DNA from: an uncultured virus (IMG/VR IMGVR_UViG_3300020048_000090)
Taxonomy: Duplodnaviria; Heunggongvirae; Uroviricota; Caudoviricetes
Length of the DNA stretch: 64,000 nt
Reading direction: 5' to 3' (one strand)
Virus record (IMG/VR): IMGVR_UViG_3300020048_000090
The notes below the pieces were generated by a model. The model was given only the letters and a program-made list of their open reading frames with translations, made no database searches and was not told the origin of the DNA. The first letter of the stretch is position 1. Every line of letters starts with the position of its first letter. This document shows positions 49,696 through 58,915 of the stretch, one piece after another. The position numbers were made by a program, and so were the translations under genes.

Positions 49696-50181
49696 TTATT
49701 TACGCATATATGCAATTAAACGTTCCATTTCTTGTAATGTTATATTGTTTTTAAGTACATTTACTCTAGTACTTACTACAAAAACATTACCTTTTATATA
49801 GCCTTTTGAGCTATCTATTCGGTCTAATGAAGCTGAATGTGGTGTATTTTCTTCAAAAGGTACAAGAAATACTGGACAAACTTCTGGTACATAAATATCT
49901 TCAATATTTATTGTAAAATCTAATCCTTTTTCTTTTGCCCTTCGTTTAGCCCGATACCATAACTTATACTGAGTGGTTTGTTTAAGATAGCCATTAATGC
50001 TGATAGTTTGTCTACAACTTTTACATACAGTGTTGACTCCTTCTTTGCATTTTGCATGTTTATGAAAGTTTGAAATTGGCTTCATTTCTTTACATTTCAT
50101 ACAGGGTCTATGTCCTTCAGGCCAGTTATTTCCATAACCTTGCCACCGAGCTTCTTGCATTTGTTCAGTGGCGTAACTCAT
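49696..50181 (-). CDS. free-standing HNH homing endonuclease
   Basis: CxxC..CxxC Zn finger; CPV, SLDRIDSSKGYIKGNV...N. Confidence 0.85.
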   Translation of the reverse strand: MSYATEQMQEARWQGYGNNWPEGHRPCMKCKEMKPISNFHKHAKCKEGVNTVCKSCRQTISINGYLKQTTQYKLWYRAKRRAKEKGLDFTINIEDIYVPEVCPVFLVPFEENTPHSASLDRIDSSKGYIKGNVFVVSTRVNVLKNNITLQEMERLIAYMRK

Positions 50182-52076
50182 AAAATGTCACACGAACCAG
50201 ATGTACAAGCTAATTCTTTTGTATTAACTGTTTCATCATCTTTCTCAAATTGAGATAATTCATCCCAATTGTGATTAGGCATCTTAGCTAACAATTGCTC
50301 ATATTCTTCTTTAGTACATTCAGTATATGGTGCTTGTTGATAGCTATGATCACTATGAGGTAAGAAGCTTACTCCAGCTAATTGATCAAAATGGTTATAT
50401 ACCCAATCTCCAACACCTAACCATTCATTATCTTTTACATAAACTGTAATACTTACATTATGTTCAGACCAGAATGTTTGAAAGATTAGATAATGCTCTA
50501 GTTGTTGGATTGCTGTACGATCATTACGGAATACTGCATGATTAGGTCCTTGTACAGGAAAACTGAATATGTCAGTGCTATCAGGTTTCATTGCACAATC
50601 TTCTACAGGGAATCCTTGCTTTCTCATTAGCTGAGCTAGAGGATCTTTCTTATCTGCACGAACGGTACGAATGTAGTATTCTGAGTATCTTGGATGGATA
50701 CCAGAAGCACTATCCACGAGCTGAGATACTGTACCACTTGGCTTAACTGTGGAGATTGCTACTGATTGATTAATACCTAGTTTATCTGCCCATTCCTTAT
50801 TAACATCAATAGCTACTTGTTTCATCTTCTCAAGCCATTGAGCTGTTATAGCATTGGTTTGGCTTAATACTGGATGATCCATAATACCAGTTAAACTTAC
50901 ACCTAATAGACGTTCTTCTTCTTGATTCTTTTTCCAAATACTACGTACATATCTAAAATCAGTTAGTAATGATTGATAGGTTCCAATAATAGTAGCTACT
51001 CTTACTTTTTCACATAACTCTGAAAGAGTATTAGATTTGCGAATAACTACTTCTGATAGATTGCATAATCCTGCACTACGAAGAGCTATTTCGGCACATG
51101 GATTAATCCCTACTATTTTAGTAGCATCTCGTCTACCAATCTGAATAGCTTTCTTAATAGAAGCTTCTCTATTAAAGATACCTCTCTCACCTGATTTAGA
51201 CTCGATTAGAGACATCCATTCTTTCAGAAATACCTCCATACTAGGACGTTCTGTATAGGCTGCAGAATTGTTTGCTAAGGCTCTCTGAGGGTCATTAGTC
51301 CACCATTGACCATTCTTAGCTCCTCGCATCCTATCATCTGATACATTGGATAGAGAGATAAGAGCTGATCGTCTTACACCACCTACAACTACAATATCAG
51401 CAATCTTACAAACAATATCATGGCATTCAATTGAATTTAGTTTACGTCCTGCAGCTTCTTTAAAGATATTTAAAGTAAACTTAAATAAATCTACCAATGG
51501 TTTAGGTCCACTAGCTCTACCACCAAATGTTTTTAGTTTCTCTCCTGCTGGACGTACTTTGGATACATCCCATTTAGGAATAGTACCAGAATAGAGTAAA
51601 GCTATGAGTTCACGAAATGCATTAGACCAACCTCCTTTACTGTCTTTGACATGGATTGTGATATCAGTATTAACAAATACTTCAGATATTACTGGTAATT
51701 TATTGATAAATTGACGTTCAACACTAAACCCTAATCCTGTGCCACACATAAGAATGTATAAGATTTCATCAAATGCTCTAACATCATCAATAGCAATAAA
51801 GCTACAGTTGTATCCAGCCATTGGATCACGTTCTAATGCTGGTCCTGCAGTCATCATTGCTCTCATAGAAGGCATAACTTCTAGCTTAACAATAGCATTA
51901 TAAATCTCTTCTTTAGGATAATGAGGAAACTTACTAGCAAAGTAATTTGTATATCGTTCTACTGTTTCATGCCAATGCTCTCTACGCTTCTCTTTAGCAA
52001 TCCATCTAGCATATCTACTCTTATGTACATATTCTTGTAATTGTGTTGGTAATACTGACTGTATCTGACTTTCCAT
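50178..52076 (-). CDS. nrdJ: class II (adenosylcobalamin-dependent) ribonucleotide reductase
   Basis: PSMR, YNC, GGVRRSA, NPCAEI, LCNL, VKPSGT, C-terminal ACTSGSC; no beta-subunit gene nearby. Confidence 0.92.
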   Translation of the reverse strand: MESQIQSVLPTQLQEYVHKSRYARWIAKEKRREHWHETVERYTNYFASKFPHYPKEEIYNAIVKLEVMPSMRAMMTAGPALERDPMAGYNCSFIAIDDVRAFDEILYILMCGTGLGFSVERQFINKLPVISEVFVNTDITIHVKDSKGGWSNAFRELIALLYSGTIPKWDVSKVRPAGEKLKTFGGRASGPKPLVDLFKFTLNIFKEAAGRKLNSIECHDIVCKIADIVVVGGVRRSALISLSNVSDDRMRGAKNGQWWTNDPQRALANNSAAYTERPSMEVFLKEWMSLIESKSGERGIFNREASIKKAIQIGRRDATKIVGINPCAEIALRSAGLCNLSEVVIRKSNTLSELCEKVRVATIIGTYQSLLTDFRYVRSIWKKNQEEERLLGVSLTGIMDHPVLSQTNAITAQWLEKMKQVAIDVNKEWADKLGINQSVAISTVKPSGTVSQLVDSASGIHPRYSEYYIRTVRADKKDPLAQLMRKQGFPVEDCAMKPDSTDIFSFPVQGPNHAVFRNDRTAIQQLEHYLIFQTFWSEHNVSITVYVKDNEWLGVGDWVYNHFDQLAGVSFLPHSDHSYQQAPYTECTKEEYEQLLAKMPNHNWDELSQFEKDDETVNTKELACTSGSCDIL

Positions 52077-52079
52077 ATC

Positions 52080-52337
52080 TTACCCTTCTTGGTTAATTTC
52101 ATCTTTCCATAGTGGACAGTTATCTAACGGTATTAAATAACCAAAGCTATTGTCATACCTATCCATTGTTCTCCAATATCTACCTGACATATCTGAAAAT
52201 AGACATGTATCATTTAAACCAAATCTTTGTGTTCTATAAAACTGACATACTTCACCAGTATTAAAGTTTCTAGCACATGTTGGTCTACCTTTATCATCTC
52301 TATACTTAACTACTGGTATTGTAGCTGATTCAATCAT
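52080..52337 (-). CDS. small Cys-rich hypothetical protein
   Basis: 85-aa ORF with 4 Cys. Confidence 0.5.
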   Translation of the reverse strand: MIESATIPVVKYRDDKGRPTCARNFNTGEVCQFYRTQRFGLNDTCLFSDMSGRYWRTMDRYDNSFGYLIPLDNCPLWKDEINQEG

Positions 52338-52460
52338 GTTAGCTCTTTATACATACATACTGATTGTATTGGTTAAATGAACAGTCTAACCAACCTTCAG
52401 GAGTATTGTATGCTTTAGGTGGACTAAGCAGTGCTATAATTAATAGACATATACACATGA

Positions 52461-52667
52461 TTAATCCTGGTATTGAGTCTTTGGATCTCTATAGTTCTCC
52501 AAAGGACAGTCTTTAGGTATTTTTGGATAGCTATCCATATTAAATTCTTTTTTTGTAATGGTACAGTGAAGACCTCTTATCATAGTAAAGTCTGTATGAG
52601 GACATTTTTTACAAGACTTAATAACAATAAGTTTCATTAGTAGTCTCCTTTTGTAAGAGCTTTCCAA
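52461..52667 (-). CDS. small Cys-rich hypothetical protein (start probably at internal Met)
   Basis: SCKKCP...C...IPKDCPL. Confidence 0.5.
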   Translation of the reverse strand: MESSYKRRLLMKLIVIKSCKKCPHTDFTMIRGLHCTITKKEFNMDSYPKIPKDCPLENYRDPKTQYQD

Positions 52668-53374
52668 CTAATAGGATAAAGTGGTTCAATAATCTTACTT
52701 ACTGCTTCAGCTAATTCTTGGATTTCTTTTTGAGCATGACTATTAGATCGTTGGTTATAGAAGTTAGCATAAGCATATAGACTTCCTGTCCATACCCAAT
52801 TTACTTCACAACCTTGAGGTAATACGAATCTAGCTTGTTCAGGACATACACCATCACTAATCATATGCTCATATAATCTAATGGTTTTCTCACACCAATT
52901 TGTATAAGAGCTAGTCCAATCATTATTATTGAGATGGATATCTCCACTACCTTGTTTTACATATTCTGCAGCAGCTCTAAAGAAAGTTGGTACATAATAT
53001 TCAGGTTTGCCAGAGATATATCTACGACTCTCTTCTGATTCTACAAACCCAATCTTATGTTTAAAACATTGCACTCTAATTGGGATAGGTGCTTGCATAC
53101 GTAGGGAGATATGGGGATGACCGAATGGAACCCAATGTTCTGGGATACTACGTAAATAGGCAGCTAATTCTTTAGCTTGTTTAATAGAACTACACCCAAT
53201 TACTTCGTTAATAAGTTTTTCCCAATCACCAGAAGACATCCCTCTAGCTAAGAATTGGATAAGCTTATTATTCTGTGCTTCTGTAAAATTATCTGCCAGT
53301 TTTGCAAATGATTGTCTAGCATAATTAGCTACATCACGATCACTTAAATAGTGATTTTCATATGTTGCTTTCAT
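52637..53374 (-). CDS. thyX: flavin-dependent thymidylate synthase
   Basis: ARQSF, HWVPFGH, KHKIGFVESEESRRY, EQARFVLPQ, R...HAQKEI. Confidence 0.92.
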   Translation of the reverse strand: MKATYENHYLSDRDVANYARQSFAKLADNFTEAQNNKLIQFLARGMSSGDWEKLINEVIGCSSIKQAKELAAYLRSIPEHWVPFGHPHISLRMQAPIPIRVQCFKHKIGFVESEESRRYISGKPEYYVPTFFRAAAEYVKQGSGDIHLNNNDWTSSYTNWCEKTIRLYEHMISDGVCPEQARFVLPQGCEVNWVWTGSLYAYANFYNQRSNSHAQKEIQELAEAVSKIIEPLYPISWKALTKGDY

Positions 53375-54186
53375 TTATTCTTTTCCTTTTGGATCAATAC
53401 TTCTAGATGTTTATATGCTTTATCTATCCAAGATAAAAAACTTGAGTATTTTAAAGTATGTTTTGCATGATTACAGGTATTACAACAAGTTACACAATTT
53501 TCTTTAATGTATCCTATTGAATTATCTATCCTATCTATACCATTGTATAAATATTCCTTTTTACCATAAGTTAAGGTACTTATATTTATAGTGTTTGAAG
53601 GAGGTTGCCCACAATAAAAACAATTATTTTTAATTAAAATTTCCAATTCTTCTTTAGATAAATCAAAAATTAAATTTCTTTGTTTAGCACTTGTTTTATA
53701 AGTTCCTAATACATTATTTAATCCTCTATCTTTTTTAATAATCTTGTATCTGCTATTAATACTATTAAGTGCCGCTGTTTCTTTATGTAAGCAACCACAA
53801 GATTTAACATGACCGCCAGTTAAAGAAGCTGTGGTTGCTTTATGTGTATTTCCACAATCACATAAAAGATTCCAAGTTTTTTTCTTACTACCTCCTTTAG
53901 ATATTTTTACAATATCTTCTGATTGTATTACTAGTTTGGTAAATCTATCACCAACTTTTACTGCGGCATCTCTTTTAAAATTTTCTTTATGTAAACATCC
54001 ACATGATAAAGTTTTGCCACTTCGTAAAGCATCTACTCTAGTTTCTGTATAGTTTCCACATGTACATATACATTTTGCATATCTTAATAGCCTCCCACTC
54101 TTATTTACTCTACTCGGTGTTTCTTCTATTACAGTTAATCTACCATAAACCTCATTTGGTAGTATTGGTGTTATTGGTTTTGACAT
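53371..54186 (-). CDS. free-standing HNH homing endonuclease
   Basis: Two YGRLTV..C.C.CG..SCGC repeats; CFYCG, GIDRIDNSIGY...NCVTCC..CN. Confidence 0.85.
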   Translation of the reverse strand: MSKPITPILPNEVYGRLTVIEETPSRVNKSGRLLRYAKCICTCGNYTETRVDALRSGKTLSCGCLHKENFKRDAAVKVGDRFTKLVIQSEDIVKISKGGSKKKTWNLLCDCGNTHKATTASLTGGHVKSCGCLHKETAALNSINSRYKIIKKDRGLNNVLGTYKTSAKQRNLIFDLSKEELEILIKNNCFYCGQPPSNTINISTLTYGKKEYLYNGIDRIDNSIGYIKENCVTCCNTCNHAKHTLKYSSFLSWIDKAYKHLEVLIQKEKNK

Positions 54187-54409
54187 TATCTAATTCCTTT
54201 ATATCAAATTGAACATTTTCATATATTAGCATTAGACGTTGTAAATAGCAAGCTGCATCTAGAAGTTCTTCTTGTAAATGGATCAACCAATCCAATGTAG
54301 ATAAATCTTCTCTATCTAATCCTACACCATATTTGGTTAATCCAACCTGTGATCTGTATAGCAATTTAGCTCGTACAGCCTCTACAATAGGATCTCTTTT
54401 ATCCGTCAT
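54152..54409 (-). CDS. MazG-fold-like small protein
   Basis: RSQVGLTKYG.L...WLIHLQEELLDAACY. Confidence 0.6.
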   Translation of the reverse strand: MTDKRDPIVEAVRAKLLYRSQVGLTKYGVGLDREDLSTLDWLIHLQEELLDAACYLQRLMLIYENVQFDIKELDNVKTNNTNTTK

Positions 54410-54617
54410 AGGTAGATAACCATAGCTCTTGTTTAGCCGCTTCTAGAGCACCTATAAGCTCTAGGTTAGAGTGAATCTGACTAGCCATAATAGACACTGT
54501 CTCTCCATCAAATCCAAAGACCATAACAGTCTTAAAGTTCTCTTCCATAGCTGCTTTAAGTACTATTTCTGAATCTGATACAAAGGTAACTGGCTTAAAC
54601 TGCGTTACATTGTTCAT
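54399..54617 (-). CDS. hypothetical protein
   Basis: 72-aa coupled ORF. Confidence 0.5.
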   Translation of the reverse strand: MNNVTQFKPVTFVSDSEIVLKAAMEENFKTVMVFGFDGETVSIMASQIHSNLELIGALEAAKQELWLSTYDG

Positions 54618-54813
54618 TAAATAATTCCTTGTTAATTTGTTTAGCTAACTTTAGTGCTTCTCTTTTACTAGTGATAATCTTACCACCGGGAAAGATCCAT
54701 CCTGTATGTACTAACTCTTTATTGGTGATAGCAACTATTCTAATATGACTAAGTCTAATGTCATGTTCTGCTGATATAGCTGAATATAGCTCTGCAATTG
54801 CTTTTGGTGTCAT
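54595..54813 (-). CDS. hypothetical protein
   Basis: 72-aa ORF with GW.FPGG motif. Confidence 0.5.
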   Translation of the reverse strand: MTPKAIAELYSAISAEHDIRLSHIRIVAITNKELVHTGWIFPGGKIITSKREALKLAKQINKELFNEQCNAV

Positions 54814-54814
54814 T

Positions 54815-55285
54815 CTAACCTCTTAATATAACATTCTTTAGTGGAGCTTCTTCTAACATTTCATAGTATTTATCTACTTTTAGATCATTGGCTAACTTAT
54901 CTCCAAAGTAGAAAGCTAGAGTTAGATGTTTATGTAAATGTTCAGGGATACATTCTTTTACTGTTGCTAAGCCATCAGCTTCATTGAGTACTTTTGTAAT
55001 GTAAGAAGTTAGTTGTAGATAATCTTCCCTCTCTTTAATGAAGTTATCTATAGCTAAGTTAAGTTCACATAATGTCTCATTATCTGCTACAAATTCTTTT
55101 CTTTGGAAAGTACGCATATAAGGTAAAATTATTTTTTTATATGCATAGTAATACTCATCTATATCAGCAATAACCTCAAATTTTTTATTTAGATTATTCC
55201 AGAGTAAATCTTGGTTATCTGAAGATTCTTTTATAAGATGATTGAGGGTGTACTGCTTAACTGTAATATCATGATTAGGTATCAT
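54815..55285 (-). CDS. hypothetical protein
   Basis: 156-aa ORF in operon. Confidence 0.55.
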   Translation of the reverse strand: MIPNHDITVKQYTLNHLIKESSDNQDLLWNNLNKKFEVIADIDEYYYAYKKIILPYMRTFQRKEFVADNETLCELNLAIDNFIKEREDYLQLTSYITKVLNEADGLATVKECIPEHLHKHLTLAFYFGDKLANDLKVDKYYEMLEEAPLKNVILRG

Positions 55286-55550
55286 TTAAATTTCCTAGAA
55301 GAATAGACTTGAGTTTGATCTCAGCATATTCTTGGAAACCCATAAAAGCTACAGTTACTGAGTCTTTATCAAAGTCTTTGATTGTTGTTTCTTTACCATA
55401 GCTTTCACTTAGCATCTCACCTTTCTCCAATGCTCCTAGAAGGACTATAGCATCCTTATAAGGGAGAATTACCTTATGACCATAGCCAAAGGTTAGGATC
55501 ATATAGTTTGAGTCTAGCTTTACTGCTTCTTTATTCTTGGAAACTGACAT
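55275..55550 (-). CDS. hypothetical protein
   Basis: 91-aa ORF with AAGGA SD. Confidence 0.55.
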   Translation of the reverse strand: MSVSKNKEAVKLDSNYMILTFGYGHKVILPYKDAIVLLGALEKGEMLSESYGKETTIKDFDKDSVTVAFMGFQEYAEIKLKSILLGNLNDT

Positions 55551-55560
55551 TGTATTATCC

Positions 55561-55824
55561 TTACTGGAGTTGGGTGCTATAATCTACTTTACCATCGTCT
55601 TTTACTGGGTATATCCATTTGTTATCTGGCCATTTCAAATCATCACTCATAAAATATGTCTTTGTATTTAACTCTGCAAGCCAAGGGGTATTATCATTAA
55701 AAATGATATATAGCTGATCGTACTTTATGCTGTAGTGTTTAACATCTTCCCATGTTTTATCATCTGGCAATTCAATTACGTTTTCATTGGTTATTTCATA
55801 AATAACTTTGACTAAATATTTCAT
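55561..55824 (-). CDS. hypothetical protein
   Basis: 87 aa, ATGA-coupled. Confidence 0.5.
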   Translation of the reverse strand: MKYLVKVIYEITNENVIELPDDKTWEDVKHYSIKYDQLYIIFNDNTPWLAELNTKTYFMSDDLKWPDNKWIYPVKDDGKVDYSTQLQ

Positions 55825-56825
55825 TTTAAATCCATATTAATATAAACTGTTTCTCCTACTGGAGATGGTTCATGGTTAGAATAGCAAATCCATAGGATAG
55901 GAAATCCTGGATCTTCTGTTATTGGATTAGCATACAAGTCTGTAAAATAGACTAATAGATTAGTACCATGTGTTTTGCAATACTCGATTGGAGGTTTTAG
56001 TGAAGTATTACCTCCACCTGAGAACTTAAGATCCAATATAGAATCGTTACTATCTATTTCATGGATATTATGAATCCTGTAATCACAATCCAAGATTGTA
56101 AGATTATCTGGTCTAATTGTTTGATTGATATACTCAATCTCAGATAGGAAGCTCTTAAGTAGCTCATCATTGATACTACCACTTGTATCAATAGCTACTG
56201 TTAGGCTACTGATACGTTTACTCTCTACACTAGGTAAGTACCATTGTGGAGCATATCTCTTATTTGGTTTAGACCAAGATTCCTCTTGTCTAGCATTAGC
56301 ATCTAAGTACCGATGTAATACATCAACCCAAGATAGTTTTGGATTAATCAAGTCTTTAACTACTCTAAGAATCTCTTCTGGTATGTTAGAAGTATCTCCA
56401 GATAGTTGTGCTCTTTGGATAGCTTTAACTACTGTATTGGTTACTTTCTCTATCTGTTCTTCAGATAAGCTTTCTTCAATGTCTTCTGAGAAGTTATTAG
56501 GTTGTTGTTCTGGATTCTTGATTAGGTAATCATATACCTGTTCAGTACTCATACCTGTAAACTTATGGTCATATAGACCATCTTTAGGAAGCTTAAAGTT
56601 ATTCTTTACCAATAAAAGATTTACAACGTAGTCGCAATTATGTACAACTATATCGTCGGCAATGAAAGCCCCTTTTTCTGTAACGAGGTCATATACTTGT
56701 TGTAAATTGCTTTCTCTTTGTTGAAAGAATCCTTTCTTAAGTTCAAAGCTTTCACTTCTTGAACAAGCTTCTCCATGTAAGGAGTCGGGGTATCGTTTTT
56801 CTTTTGTTTCATACGTTCGTTGCAT
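55821..56825 (-). CDS. C-intein + C-extein of N4 gp25-like metallopeptidase/vWA protein
   Basis: VYDLVTE..AFIADDIVVHN/C (intein blocks F,G), then CDYVVN, vWA MIDAS DTSGS, GGGNT, YFTD. Confidence 0.85.
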   Translation of the reverse strand: MQRTYETKEKRYPDSLHGEACSRSESFELKKGFFQQRESNLQQVYDLVTEKGAFIADDIVVHNCDYVVNLLLVKNNFKLPKDGLYDHKFTGMSTEQVYDYLIKNPEQQPNNFSEDIEESLSEEQIEKVTNTVVKAIQRAQLSGDTSNIPEEILRVVKDLINPKLSWVDVLHRYLDANARQEESWSKPNKRYAPQWYLPSVESKRISSLTVAIDTSGSINDELLKSFLSEIEYINQTIRPDNLTILDCDYRIHNIHEIDSNDSILDLKFSGGGNTSLKPPIEYCKTHGTNLLVYFTDLYANPITEDPGFPILWICYSNHEPSPVGETVYINMDLK

Positions 56826-57292
56826 AATTCAATTACCACCCTACAGACAGGTTTTTTTATGATCAGGAATGGTTCTAATTTAACTAAGAAATCTACTAAA
56901 GCAAAGCCTGATTGTTGTATAGACCAGTATTGATTGCCCATATTATTAATTTTCTCTACTCCATAAAATCCTAGAGATTCTAGATATTTTAGAAGGAAAA
57001 AAGACGTATTAGTAACTATTAAAGTAATACGTAAATATGGATGACCATTTTGTGTTTTTGATATGCTTGCTGTAATTGTGCCTTCCCCATCAATTAAACC
57101 ACCAAAGTAAGCTAAGTCACTTCCTGATAAATTTAAAAGTGGTTCTAAATTCTCACGTTTCTTAGCATACCTATCTGCTTTTAGTCCACGGATTCTTAAA
57201 AACTCAGCTAAAGTTTTATATTTAATATCAGTTAATTCAACTAATTGAGATAGTGTATTTGTTTGGTAGTTATCTAAAACTACTTGACGCAT
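56648..57292 (-). CDS. free-standing single-motif LAGLIDADG homing endonuclease, out of frame with the intein halves
   Basis: LAYFGGLIDGEGTI, LEPFLIIKK; ATG 1 nt after the N-intein stop; overlaps the C-intein. Confidence 0.85.
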   Translation of the reverse strand: MRQVVLDNYQTNTLSQLVELTDIKYKTLAEFLRIRGLKADRYAKKRENLEPLLNLSGSDLAYFGGLIDGEGTITASISKTQNGHPYLRITLIVTNTSFFLLKYLESLGFYGVEKINNMGNQYWSIQQSGFALVDFLVKLEPFLIIKKPVCRVVIELCNERMKQKKNDTPTPYMEKLVQEVKALNLRKDSFNKEKAIYNKYMTSLQKKGLSLPTI

Positions 57293-57293
57293 T

Positions 57294-57830
57294 TCAGGTT
57301 TTTCTTGAAACGTATATGTCCCGGTTTGTGCAGTCTTGAGCTTCTTTAAATCCGTCATTTGTTAATATCCTATGGTCAGGTGTACATACTAATTTTTGAT
57401 TAAGTAGACCAACTTTTTTTATACCTTTATCAAGTACTTCAAGTACTTTATTTGGTCCTAAAGGAGAATCCACATAATCCCCTGGAACAATATCAACTAA
57501 TTTCTTATATGTTCCATCTGCCATTTTAACAGAACTCTGACCACTAATGCAAGCCATATTCCATACTTGAGGATCTTTAGTACCTCTACGAACCATGTGT
57601 TCAAAAGCTACATGGAAAATTTCATGAGCCATTAACCCTACTCTTTCTTCTGGTGTTAATCCCATAAAGAAATCTGGGTTATATTTCACATAAGTACCAT
57701 TTGTAGCTGCTGTAGGTACATCAGTGCTAATTTTATGTTCTAGCATTACTGAGATACTGCTTAGAAACAATGTACCTTGTTTCATTAGTAGATGTACTTT
57801 AGCTTTATCTAACGTCTCTTTAGGTGTCAT
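57294..57830 (-). CDS. N-extein (HExxH metallopeptidase) + N-intein of N4 gp25-like protein
   Basis: TAATNG, HEIFH, WNMA then CISGQSSVKMADG (block A) and CTPDHRIL (block B), then stop. Confidence 0.88.
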   Translation of the reverse strand: MTPKETLDKAKVHLLMKQGTLFLSSISVMLEHKISTDVPTAATNGTYVKYNPDFFMGLTPEERVGLMAHEIFHVAFEHMVRRGTKDPQVWNMACISGQSSVKMADGTYKKLVDIVPGDYVDSPLGPNKVLEVLDKGIKKVGLLNQKLVCTPDHRILTNDGFKEAQDCTNRDIYVSRKT

Positions 57831-58077
57831 ATGCTTTCTTGAGTAGTGTAAGTACTGCTTGAGCATTAGCAATCTCTAAAGGTAAGCATCCCCATTCATT
57901 ATTTGCATATACCCAAGTAACTAGTTTGCTTAAACGACCATATAGAATCTTCTCTCGCTCTTTGGATAGAAGTAACATTTCTTCCATCTTCTGAAAGTCT
58001 TCAAAAGCTCTATTCATAATTTCAAAATGACTTTGATGTTGTAGCTTAAGGGATTCTTCACATTCTTTTGTCATCAT
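57820..58077 (-). CDS. hypothetical protein
   Basis: 85-aa coupled ORF. Confidence 0.5.
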   Translation of the reverse strand: MMTKECEESLKLQHQSHFEIMNRAFEDFQKMEEMLLLSKEREKILYGRLSKLVTWVYANNEWGCLPLEIANAQAVLTLLKKAYDT

Positions 58078-58420
58078 TGATTACCTGTTCAAATGCACAT
58101 TTAACAACAGCTCTTTGGATAGCCTTTACTGGATCATTACCTAGTGCTAGATATACAGCAGGAGAATTACCATCATAAGCTTGAACACCCATTTCATGTG
58201 GGAGTTGTATAAATACATATTGTATTTTTAACTCTGCAGCTAGACGTAAAGTATCATCTCCATCCTCAAGAGGATTCCAGATATACTTTTCTTTTGTATA
58301 TTTAGCTCCAACGATTAATCCAATGAATTCATCATCTGGAGTTATTTTATGTCCTTTTATATTTAATCCAATATAACGAGCAATATCCTCTAACATCTCT
58401 ATGTCATACATATTAGTCAT
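58058..58420 (-). CDS. NinX/ABA-sandwich-like small phage protein
   Basis: WNPLEDGDDTLRLAAELKI...AIQRAVV. Confidence 0.55.
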   Translation of the reverse strand: MTNMYDIEMLEDIARYIGLNIKGHKITPDDEFIGLIVGAKYTKEKYIWNPLEDGDDTLRLAAELKIQYVFIQLPHEMGVQAYDGNSPAVYLALGNDPVKAIQRAVVKCAFEQVINDDKRM

Positions 58421-58695
58421 GATAGCTTTCCTATCTTTGAAGCAATGTATACAATGTTTTTACGTGTAGTTTTTTTACAGGTAGATTTTATATAACCAAA
58501 AGAACCATATTTACACATAGCGTGCATAAGTCTAAATGCATCACCATCATCTGTATAAGGATTCCACCATGTAGTACCTTCTGCTGTTAGTTCTCTAGGT
58601 CCTACAATGTTTAAGCCTCTTGGATCATCTTTGAAATAGTAATAAGAAGTAACTCCAGCAGCTTTAGCAGCTAGGATTAGTTTTTTATAGTTCAT
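58417..58695 (-). CDS. NinX/ABA-sandwich-like small phage protein
   Basis: LAAKAAG...WNPYTDDGDAFRL...TRKNIV.IA. Confidence 0.55.
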   Translation of the reverse strand: MNYKKLILAAKAAGVTSYYYFKDDPRGLNIVGPRELTAEGTTWWNPYTDDGDAFRLMHAMCKYGSFGYIKSTCKKTTRKNIVYIASKIGKLS

Positions 58696-58907
58696 AGTAT
58701 TACCTTTTTTAGTTTACTTGCAGGTTTAATTCTTTGATAGACACATATAGTATTTTCACTAGAGTGGACAGAATACATAAGTGTATCTTCTTGTTGAGGA
58801 CACTCTTTATCTATAAATTCAACTGACTCTTTACCTTTACCATATGTAATTAATACTAGTGTTAAGAATAGTAATGCTATAATAAAACCTAATATTGCTT
58901 GAATCAT
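58692..58907 (-). CDS. small membrane-anchored protein
   Basis: N-terminal TM, two Cys. Confidence 0.5.
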   Translation of the reverse strand: MIQAILGFIIALLFLTLVLITYGKGKESVEFIDKECPQQEDTLMYSVHSSENTICVYQRIKPASKLKKVIL

Positions 58908-58915
58908 CTTAATTC

